Assembly: GCA_964247055.1 (NCBI GenBank)
Contig: OZ176057.1
Coordinates: 5,456,001-5,520,000 of the forward strand
Direction: 5' to 3'
Source: Paragordius varius
Lineage: Eukaryota; Animalia; Nematomorpha
Length of the DNA stretch: 64,000 nt
Part shown: positions 34,201 to 46,160 of the stretch, in pieces
Position numbering within the stretch: position 1 is the first letter of the stretch
Layout: each line of letters opens with the position of its first letter
Notes under the pieces: generated by a model
Database searches by the model: none
Seen by the model: the letters and a program-made list of their open reading frames with translations, nothing else
What the model was told of the DNA's origin: nothing
Program-made: the position numbers and the translations under genes

Positions 34201-37200
34201 TTAATTAATTAATCAGTTGTTTTAACTAATCAGTTGTTTTAAGTAATCAGTGTTCTTAATTAATCAGTTGTTTTAATTAATCAGTTGTTTTAATTAATCA
34301 GTTGTTTTAATTAATCAGTTGTTTTAATTAATCAGCTGTTTTAATTAATCAGTTGTTTTAATTAATCAGTTGTTTTAATTAATCAGTTGTTTTAAGTAAT
34401 CAGTGTTCTTAATTAATCAGTTGTTTTAATTAATCAGTTTTAATTAATCAGTTGTTTTAATTTATCAGTATTTATTAACTTATTAATCATTTTATTAATC
34501 ATTTGTTATTATTATGTGATTTTATTCATAAGTTGTTTCATCTAAAAACCGCCAAAGCTATCTAGAAAGTCTATTTCTCAAAAAATATTCTAAAAACGGG
34601 AATTTAAAAACCGTTAAAATTATCTAAAAACCCTAAAACTTTAAAAACTGCTAAAATTTATAAAAAATCGCCAAAATTCCTTTTAAATGAAAAAACTGCT
34701 AAAACTATCTAAAAACCGTTAAAACTTTCTAAAAAAGTCGATTATTTTGTTGTCAAAATTATTAAAACTAATAAAAAACCGCTAAAATTATTTAACCTTT
34801 AATACTCTAAAAACCGCTAAAACTATTTAAAAACCGCTAAAACTTTTTAAAAACCGCTGAAACTTTTTAAAAACCGCTAAAACATTCTAAAAACTCCTAA
34901 AACTTTCTATAAGCCGCTAAAACTTTTTAAAAATTGGTAAAACTTCCAAAAACCGGTAAAACAATTTTCAAACCGCTAAAACAATTTTAAAACCGCTAAA
35001 ACTTTATAAAAACCGCTAAAACTTTATAAAAACCGCTAAAACCTTCTAAAACTATCTAAAAAGTCTATTTCTTTAAAAATATTTTCAAAACCGCTAAAAC
35101 TACCTAAAAACCGGTAAAACTACCTAAAAACCTCTAAAACTACCTAAAAACCTCTAAAACTACCTAAAAACCGCTAAAACTACCTCAAAACCGCTAAAAC
35201 TTCCTAAAGACCGCTAACTAAAACTATCTAAAAACCGTTAAAAATATCTAAAAAGTCTATTTCTTTATAATTATTTTCAAAACCGCTAAAATTATTTTTA
35301 AAATCGCTAAAACTTCCTAAAAACCGCTAAAACTATTTTAAAACCGCTAAAACTTCCTAAAAACCGCTAAAACTTTCTCAAAACTAAAACTTTTTAAAAA
35401 CCGCTAAAACTTTTTAAAAACCGCTAAAACTTTTTCAAAACCGCTAAAACTTTCTCAAAAATGTTAAAACTTTCTCATAAACGCTATAAACTTTCTCATA
35501 AACGCTATAAACTTTCTAAAAACCGCTAAAACTTTCTCATAACCGCTAAAACTTTTTAAAAACCGCTAAAACTTTCTCAAAACCACTAAACCCTTTTTAA
35601 AACCGCTAAACCCTTTTTAAAACCGCTAAAACTTTCTAAAAACCGCTCTTTCTAAAAACCGCTAAAACTTTCTAAAAACTCCTAAAACTTTCTATAAGCC
35701 GCTAAAACTTTTTCAAAACCGCTAAAACTTTCTCAAAAATGTTAAAACTTTCTCATAAACGCTATAAACTTTCTCATAAACGCTATAAACTTTCTAAAAA
35801 CCGCTAAAACTTTCTCATAACCGCTAAAACTTTTTAAAAACCGCTAAAACTTTCTCAAAACCACTAAACCCTTTTTAAAACCGCTAAACCCTTTTTAAAA
35901 CCGCTAAAACTTTCTAAAAACCGCTATAACTTTCTAAAAACCGCTATAACTTTCTAAAAACCGCTAAAACTTTCTCAAAACTGTTAAAACTTTCTCAAAA
36001 ATGTTAAAACTTTCTTATAACCGCTAAAACCTTTTTAAAAACCGCTAAAACTTTCTCAAAACCGCTAAAACTTTTTAAAAACCGCTAAAACTTTTTAAAA
36101 ACCGCTAAAACTTTCTCAAAACCGCTAAAACTTCCTAAAAACCGCTAAAACTTCCTAAAAACCGCTAAAACTTTCTCAAAACTGTTAAAACTTTCTCAAA
36201 AATGTTAAAACTTTTTCAAAACCGCTAAAACTTTTTCAAAACCGCTAAAACTTTCTCAAAAATGTTAAAACTTTCTCATAAACGCTATAAACTTTCTAAA
36301 AACCGCTAAAACTTTCTCATAACCGCTAAAACTTTATAAAACCGCTAAAACTTTATAAAACCGCTAAAACTTTATAAAAACCGCTTAAACTTTATAAAAA
36401 CCGCTTAAACTTTCTAAAAACTGTTAAAACTTTCTCAAAACTGTTACTTTCTCAAAACTGCTAAAACTTTCTCATAACCGCTAAAACTTTATAAAACCGC
36501 TAAAACTTTATAAAAATTGCTAAAACTACCTAAAAACCGCTAAAACTTTCAAAAACCGATAAAACTTTTTAAAAACCGCTAAAACTTTTTAAAAACCGCT
36601 AAAACTTTTTAAAAACCGCTAAAACTTTCTCAAAACCGCTAAAACTTTCTTATAACCGCTAAAACCTTTTTAAAAACCGCTAAAACTTTCTCATAACCGC
36701 TAAAACCTTTTTAAAAACCGCTAAAACCTTTTTAAAAACCGCTAAAACTTTCTCATAACCGCTAAAACCTTTTTAAAAACCGCTAAAACTACCTAAAAAC
36801 CGCTAAAACTACCTAAAAACCGCAAAAATTTCTCAAAACTGTTAAAACTTTCTCAAAACTGTTAAAACTTTCTCAAAACTGTTAAAACTTTCTCATAACC
36901 GCTAAAACCTTTTTTTTAAACCGCTAAGCTTTTTAAACCGCTAAAACTATTTTAAAACCACCAAAACTATTTTAAAAGCGCTAAAACTATCTATATTTCT
37001 TTAAAATTATTATCAAAACCGCTAAAACTTCCTAAAAACAGTAAAATTTTTAGAAAAATCGCTAAAATTCCTTTTAAATCAAAAAATTGCGCCTAATTAT
37101 TAACCGCTAAAACTATTTAAAACCCTTAAAACTATCCAAAAATCTATTTCTTTAAAATTATTTTCAAAACCGCTAAAATTATTCTTAAAACCGTTAAAAA

Positions 37201-39950
37201 TTTCTAAAAACCGCTAAAATTATCTAAAAATCTTTAAAACTTTTTAAAAAAGTTTATTACTTAAAATATTCTCAAAACCGCTAAAATTATATAAAACCGC
37301 TAACTAACGCTAAAATTTTCTAACGCTAAAATTAAAGTATGCGCTAAAAATTTCTGTGCTCTCTAATAAAATTCATTAAAAAAGCTTAAATATTCTTTTT
37401 AAAAATTGCTAAAAAACCGCTGATTACTTTAAAAACCGCTAAAATTGTTTAAACAAACGTAAATATTCTTTTTTAATCAAGAAATGCTCTGAAATTTTTA
37501 ACAACCAAGTGCTAAAATAAAATCGGAAATAAATATTTTTATTAATCAGCTGTTTTAATTAATTATTTGTTTTTCATTTGTTAATTAATCATTTGTTTTT
37601 AATCATTAATCAGCTGTTTTATTTAATTATATGTTTGTATAAATCAGTTGGTTTAATTAATCAGCTGTTTTAATTAATCATTTGTTACTACAAATCAGTT
37701 GTTTTAATTATTGATTTGTTTTAATTAATGATTTGTTTTAAATCATTTGTTTTTATAATTCAGTTGTTTTAATATTCATTTGTTTTTATAATTCAGTTGT
37801 TTTAATATTCATTTGTTTTGTAAATCAGTTAATCAGTTGTTTTTATAAATCGGTTGGTTTAATTAATCAGTATTTTAATAAATTTGTTTTTATAAATTAG
37901 TTGGTTTAATTTATCAGCTGTTTTAATTAATCAGTTTTTTTAATTAATTATTTGTTTTTATAAATCAGCTGTTTTTTTATTAATCAGTTGTTTTTAAATC
38001 TGATTAAATTTATCAGTTATAAATCAGTTGTTTTAATTAATGATTTGTTTATAAATCGGTTGGTTTAATTAATCAGTATATTAATAAAACATTTCTTTAA
38101 TAGTCAGATTTTTTTAAATACTCAGCTGTTAATATTAATCAGCTGTTTTAATTATAATCATTTGTTTTTTGTTAATCAGTTGTTTCAATTAATCAGTTGT
38201 TTTAATTAATCAGTTGTTTATTAATCAATTGTTTATTAATCAGTTGTTTTAATTATTCAGTTGTTTTAATTATTCAGTTGTTTTGATTATTCAGTTGTTT
38301 TGATTATTCAGTTGTTTTAATTAATCAGTTTTTTCAATTAATCAGTTTTTTCAATTAATCAGTTTTTTCTATATAAATCATTTCTTAATAATCAGATTTT
38401 TTAATAATCAGCTGTTTAAATATATCAGTGTTTTAATTATAATCATTTGTTTTTGATTATCAGTTGTTTTTATTATTCAGTTGTTTCAATCATTTGGTTT
38501 TATTATTCATTTGTTTTTATTAATCAGTTTTTATTATTATGTTTATTTCATTAATAATTTGTCTATCTAAAAACCGCTAAAACTATCTAAAAACCGTTAA
38601 AATTATCTAAAAGCTCTATTTCTTTAAAAATATTTGAAAACCGCTAAAACTATTTTTAAAACCACTAAAACTTCCTAAAAACCGCTAAAACTTCTTAAAA
38701 ACCGCTAAAACTTCTTAAAAACCGCTAAAACTTCTTAAAAACCGCTAAAACTTCTTAAAAACCGCTAAAACTTCTTAAAAACCGCTAAAACTTCTTAAAA
38801 ACCGCTAAAACTTCTTAAAAACCGCTAAAACTTCTTAAAAACCGCTAAAACTTCTTAAAAACCGCTAAAACTTCTTAAAAACCGCTAAAACTTCTTAAAA
38901 ACCGCTAAAACTTCTTAAAAACCGCTAAAACTTCTTAAAAACCGCTAAAACTTCTTAAAAACCGCTAAAACTTCTTAAAAACCGCTAAAACTTTTTCAAA
39001 ACCGCTAAAACTTTTTCAAAACCGTTAAAACTATTTTAAAAACGAAACTTTCTAAACACTGAAATTTTCTAAAACTGCTAAAACTTTCTAAAAATTGCTA
39101 AAATTATTTAAAAACCGCTAAAACTTCCTAAAAACTGCTAAAACTTCCTAAAAATTCTTTTTAAATTAAAAAATGCGTTGAAATTCTTTAAAAATTGCTA
39201 AAATTTTATTAAAACCGCTAAATATATCTAAAATCTGTTAAAAATGTCTAAAAACCGCTAAAACTCTTTAAAAAGCGTAAATTTAAATCAAAAACCGCTA
39301 AAATTGTCTAAAAAATGTAATTTTTTTTTCTGCAAACATATGCCACCCTTTTTATATAAATTATATTATTTTAACCAATTAGCCATTTCAAATAATTTTA
39401 TTTCAATCAATATATTGTAACATACTAATTTTTTTGTTTAGAATGTGTTGTCTTACAGAAGTACGAAGGATTTCTTTGGCCTACTGCCCAACAAAATTGA
39501 TGCAAAAAATATCTAGAATGTTTCGGAATTGGGTAATTATTATTTTATATTTTGAATTATTATTCAAGTGTTTTCGTTAATAATTGTTTTCTTTTATAAA
39601 TTCTGTATAAATCATTTTTATCATAATCAACTTTTTTTATGTAATTAGCATTTATCATCTGTTTATTAGTTGTTTTAATTAATCAATTGTTTTTAGTTTT
39701 AAAATTGGCTAGCTTGAGATATTCTAAAGATATTTTTTTTAAAAAGAATATGTAGAGTATATAGAATATAAGTTTATAATTATCTATCGTTTGTAAAAAT
39801 TTTTTATTTATTATTGTTACGTAATATTTAATCATCAATTATTACATTTTTCTTTAATTTACTGTAGAATGTGTTGTTTATGTAATCAGCAGCCCGAAAC
39901 GTAAACGAGGTCTATTGAAAAAGCGTAATTGAAAATTATGGATGAACTTG
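31295..39950 (+). other. Spliced unit A: short 5' exons, satellite-filled intron(s), then AATGTG exons; no long ORF (lncRNA or pseudogene)
   Basis: Introns 31431-31457 (27 nt), 31522-31547 (26 nt) and 31659-31704 (46 nt). Shares the donor gtaagttt(t/c)gcatgtttt and the exon start gcattaaaatat with unit B. Continuity through the satellite is inferred. Confidence 0.45.
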
Positions 39951-42900
39951 GTAATTAATTATATTTAAATTAAATTTTAGAACAGATTTATTACTAGTTT
40001 TTCAACTTTACATTTTTTTCTTAAATTAAATAATTTTTTTATTAAAATTGATGAGTCGATTTTTAATGCTCTTTAATTAAAGAAAATAATTGATTTAATT
40101 AATCATTTTTTTAATAAATTAACTATTTATAATAAACTTTTGATTTAAAACAAATTATTTTTATTAAGATATATATAATATTGTTCCTTTAACGCAAAAT
40201 AACAAAATATCACTTTTTTAACATACTTCATGATTTTGTTAAATAACCATTTTTCTTGATCAGCTGTTTTTTGAATTTGATAGTTATAATTATTAAATAG
40301 TTTCAATATATTTATTTTTTTAAATCATTATTAGTATTTGACTTTATATTTTATTTTATTTTTAGGAAACAATATAGTATCCACTTTATTGCTGCCATAC
40401 CAATTAAACTATTTACGTATATATTTTTAGTTACTTTTTACGTTATTAATAACCAATTGTCTAAATATTTTTTATTTTTTCCTTATTAAATCAGTTGTTT
40501 TAATTAATCAGGTTTAAAGCACTTTAAGGGCTTCGAGTTTGTGGGCTAGGGATAGGGAGATGGATTTGAGTTGATTCATTTTTTTAAAGAAGTCCGCAAG
40601 ACTTGCTCGGGCTACGAAGCAGACCCGAGACCCACGCATTTCTCTTCTATAAATTTATATAACCTTTTTTCTGACTTTTCTCTTCTCACAAGAAAATGCT
40701 CTCTTGATTAAGATTTTTGAATTTTAGAAAACTCTTTTTAAACTACATTTATGGTTTCTAGTTTAAATTTAGGGTCAGGTTCTTAAAGAAGTCCGCAAAT
40801 TAATTTATATATTGGTTGTTTGAGGTATTTACGCAAAAACCTCTGACATAGACAGTAGATTTCAACTTTTCATTTTTTAGGAAAAATTTCATATAATTCT
40901 TTTGATATATATATTAGGATTAAAGTATCACGTGTTTTTGGTGTAATATGAGTTACCGCTAATACTCGTGAATAAATCTTTATCTCATTTCTTATAACCC
41001 TTTAAAGCTGTTATTATAGTTTTTGGGTTTTTAGAGTTTGTGGGCTAGGGTTAGGGTGAGGGATTGGAGTTGGTTCATTTTCTTAAAGAAGTCCGCAGGA
41101 CTTCCTCGGTCTGCGAAGCAGGCCGAGACCCACGCGTTTCTTTTTAAATTAAATCTTTGTCTCTGAATTTTGTAGCTTTTGATTCATTTCAAGGAAGGAT
41201 ATTCTTTTTTTCCTATTGTTTAATTTTACACCATTTTATCTAAAAACTTAAACATTATCTGAATTTTATTTGACCGCAAACTTTTTAATGCACTGATCAA
41301 CGCTATTTTTATTGCGGTGTTTCGTTGATAGAATATTAAAGGATTTCGAGTTTATGGGCTGGGCTTATGTAAATCAAAGCAATTCTTTATTTTTTAATGG
41401 TTTTAAAATTGCAATATAAAGCTAAATTTGGGTTTTAATTATGGAAGTAAACTGCTAATTTGTAAAGTAACCACAAAAATTTATATTTAAAGTAGAATAG
41501 TTTGAAAGCGATTTTTTTATTAGGACGGTTAATTAAATTCAGAAACAAACAACCAGAAAACAAAATGACTCAACTTTTTTCGCTAGAAAATTTTCAGTGT
41601 TATATTTGCAGTGTTTGATCATATGATTTTGGCTGATCGAAATTAAAGGCTTTCAAGTTTGGGTTGGCCTTAGCTAAAGTAAAGGAATTTTTAATAAGTT
41701 GCGTATCCTTATTCCATTCCTTAGGTTTTAATTACGGAAATAGATTTGTTAATAACTGCTAATTTGTGTAACCGCAAAATTTAAATTTGAAAGCGATTAT
41801 TTTCTGTATTAGGACGTTTAAAACTCTAATTTGGCCTTTTCGTACGGGGTTTGATTAATCGACGTTGAATATTTTAAGGCGTGTTTGTGGGCTAGGGTTA
41901 TGTGGAGGTTCATTTAGAGTTTTGTTGTTTTTATTAATAATTGCCGAATTTATGCTAATATTATCTAACTTCGAATCTAATAATATTTTATCATTTTTTA
42001 TACATCAGAATTGACTCAACTAGACAAGAAATAAAGCTAACTCACACAAGAATATGAAACTAATGACTTAACTACACAAGAAACAAAACATACACAAGAA
42101 TGAATATGAAACAATCACAATGAATGAACGAATAATTTATATAATAAGATTCAATAAATGATAGTAACCTTTGATATATTGTTTTTTTTAAAAAAAATTA
42201 AAAAATATAAATAAATATATATAATACCCCCCCCCCCCCCCAAAGGGCGAGAAAAAAAAATTAAAAAATATTCTAAGTCCAAAATTTTATTTTGAGCGTC
42301 CGGGAGTAAGAGTGCTCAAAATACAATTTTGGACTTGGGGGCCTGCAACAAACTCTCATTATACTTGTGGAGAGTTTTTGCGCCAACTCTCTAATGGGGG
42401 AAATGAGCCCTCCTTCACGCGAGTGGGAAAAAACTCCAACGAGCTCATTTTCCCCACCTTTGTAAAGGAGGATTTATTCCTCCCATTAGAGAGTCATTTG
42501 GCCCAAAAACTCTCCACAAGTATAATGAGAGTTTGTTGTGCAATCATACCCAATGAGATCTTTGAGTGCGTCTTGCCATCCATCAGCTCCAGCCACGATT
42601 TGCCTTCTCCCCATCGCCTTGTGTCAGGTATCGTGGACATTCCCAAGAGCTTGATCCCAACAGATCTCTCCTCCCCAATGTGCCAAAGCCCATCAACACC
42701 TAAAAATTAAGATTACCTCGCAATGAGTAGGTTCCTCTTCCTGTGTCGCTCCATCAATCGTCCAGTCCCAAATCCCCAGCATTTGATCTGTCCAGGGCTT
42801 CTAGATTCCCCAATGTCCGCTTTTCTCGCGGAGTTTATCCCATTACACCTAAATTATACATTTACCTCGTAATCAGCAGGCTCTTTTCGGTTCGATCCTT

Positions 42901-43692
42901 CATTCACTCACGAATCCTTGGTTGCTGGTCTTGAATCATGTCCCCATCCCTGGTTGCCATTGGAGAAGAAGGCCTAAAGCCTTCAAATTAGCTCTTCCAA
43001 CCAGCCTTCCCATATAATTTTTTTTCTGATTGCAATCATAGGCGCTTATATTTCCCAATACATCCATATATGTACTCTTGTTTACCAAATTGCAAATTAC
43101 ATAAACTAACAATTTTATGGACACGTAAGCTTGTCCCTAGATTTTCTTTTTAAGGAATTTTGATTTTCTTTTTTAGCTCAATTCTATGTTATATGCTCTC
43201 TTTATCTATTAAATCAGCGGAATTGGTTGGAATATGCTAATATATTTTATATGGGGTGCTATATAATTAATGTATTGTTTGCATAAATATGATATATTAA
43301 ATTTTGCACATGGAACGCACAATTTCATTTAAATTATCTGATTATCACTAGGATTATTCCACGGAAATTTTAACCCTCTTAATAATAAAAAATTTATGGA
43401 AATTCTTTATAAAATACATAAGAATCATGTCATTTTATATATGACTTCAAAATTTTAAAATATTCCTAAGATGTGGGATATATAATTTGCCAGAAACACC
43501 AATTACGCTAACTCACAAGATTTTAACTTGCACAGTATATTAATAAATTTAATTTAGGTTGACGTGTGCATAGATGCTGGAAAACGATACGATCTATCAA
43601 GGGAGATATTAACAGTACTACTCTTGTATTAACCAAAGTGTTTATACCAAATGATTTGTTATGGATCATCTGATGGTGTAATCCTACCTGTT
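31839..43692. repeat. Segmental duplication, copy 2 (near-identical to 1-11397)
   Basis: Same sequence and order; the offset grows 31838 > 32273 > 32293 > 32295 through satellite and poly-C length changes. Confidence 0.95.
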
Positions 43693-44369
43693 GGAATCAC
43701 TTGGATGCTTCTTGAATGTTGATTATCTTTTCTAATTAACTGTTGTTTATAAAATAAATTTTTAAATATTATTTTAGCTATTATTTGTAATATATTTTAC
43801 GTTAAATACATTTTCGCTTATATGTAAAAAATATTCGAAAAATTGTATGACCGCAACTAAAGATAAAGTAAAGGGGTGCGATGTTTTGCAAGAATTTTCC
43901 GTTACAATGGATATGACAAACATTTTTTTAGATATCCCACCGGTAAATTTATAGATATATAATTGTTTTATTTAAAAATTGAATTGTAATATATTATATA
44001 TATATATATATAAAATATGATATCAGTTATTTAAATAATTGGCAAAAAACAACCATACATTTTAAACATTGCAAAGTAGGAAATATTCATGTAAATTGTT
44101 AGCTCATCATATAAGTAGATTACAATTTTCATTTTTTTTCACTATATATATTTATTGCGTTAAATGAATTTCGTGAATTTGTTCGATAAGGGCAAGTTAA
44201 TTAAACAACTTAAAAAACCAGGATTGTAATAACATAAATTAATAAGCTAAATAATATGAATTTATTTATTTTTTGTTAAATATTTCACAAATATTTATAT
44301 CATATCACATAAATAACTCAGTTTATTTTTATGTAAAAGGCGTGTTTTCTTTAAAGGGATTAATAAATG

Positions 44370-46118
44370 CTACAAAATATCCATGCAAATTATAGCCTTT
44401 CGATGACCAGAATATTCTTTAACACCTATAGTTTTAAAGGCGTCTCCAGAATTCAGTAATTTCCAAAGCCTGGCTTTCCCGTCACTGCAAGCTAAAAAAT
44501 AGAAAAAAATCACGTAAAAATATTTATAGGAGAAAAATTAATAAATACTAAGTCTTTATAACCGTGGACGAAAAAAAAGATGGTTATAAAAGATTATATT
44601 TTTAGTGTTTTTAAAATAATTAAAAGGTTGGTGATAACCTTATTTTATTATATGTTTTCTATTTTATTTGAAATAAAAGTAAAATATTTATATATTAAAA
44701 CTATAAAAATAAAACCGTTTTGTCCGAAAACTTTTCGATATAAAATCGTAAAAATCAGAGTAAAAAGGACTTTAGAACAAAAAAAACCTTTTGTTTGACT
44801 CTCAATATCTGTAAGCAAATTCTAAAAGGGAAATAAAAATATAATTTAAAACCAACCAGTTAATAAATATCTGTAAGATGTAAGAATTTTTCCATGAGCG
44901 CTATTCATATTATAATGTTTATTGATTTTGGCATCCAAATTTAAATCAGCAGGCATGGAAAATTCTGAACTTAGGAATCGCGAACACCAAACCCATTTAT
45001 TAACAGCTGGGTGTTCTAATTTCCAACATGCTAGTAATATTATTATAATGTAATGTAAAAATAATTATTTACCCATTTTTAGCAATGGTAAAAGATTTAA
45101 AAACTAATTTTTTTTCTTACAAATTACCCATTCTTATGAAAAAAAAAAAAAAAACAAAATTGAAGAAAAATATATAATAAATATCGTCAACTAAAAAAAA
45201 AATTAAACACATATCAGTACGAATTATTCTACTACCCGCCTATATATAAATCTAAATATACCATTTAGACATCAAATTTACCATGGAACAATTCAATTCA
45301 CCCTAAAATAAATTATGTGTTCTTTTAAGTTTAAAAATTACCTATTATTTGTTTAAAAAATTAAATTTTGTTTGTAAATAAAATAATACGTAAAAATAAT
45401 AAACTATGCGCCATAAAGATATGTTTTATATAAATGATGAGTTATATTAGCTGACCGAAAACACATAATATATTTTTAGGGTAAATTTGAATTGAAGGCT
45501 GATTTTAAATTGTAAATGTTATATTAAACTATTAATTTAACTAAATTATATGTTCTATATCAAAAAAAACACAAGGTTATAAATTATCTTCTATTAGCTT
45601 ATTATCCAAAGCAGGAACATTAGCTCGTGTAATATTTAAAAAAATATTAAATACCAAATTATATATACATAATCTTAGTAATAATTTATTATTTCTTAAA
45701 AGGAAATTTCATAGTTACGTCTTTTCAATTTTGGCAATCAAGTAGTAAAAATTGATAATAAATGGATGGTATGCGTAAATTCATTACAGTATAGCCCATT
45801 TATTTTGGCAATTTTATGAATTATATTTCAATTCCAAATATCGTAAAATATATACGATCAAAAATTATATATATATAAATTTTAATTATACGGAGAAAAT
45901 GTAAAATAACAAATTTTTTCCTTCAAAAGACAACCCCAACTTTTTAATTTATCTTAAATAGCATTTGTAAAATATGTCATTGATTGTGTTACCACAATAT
46001 ACGTCTCTATTTTATAATTTAAATTTTAAAACAATGAGTTATATTTAAAAAAATAAAGGTTTAAAAAGTATGGGGTTGTCTTTTAGAAAAGAATATTTGT
46101 CTTTATATATTTACATTT

Positions 46119-46160
<42 letters not shown>

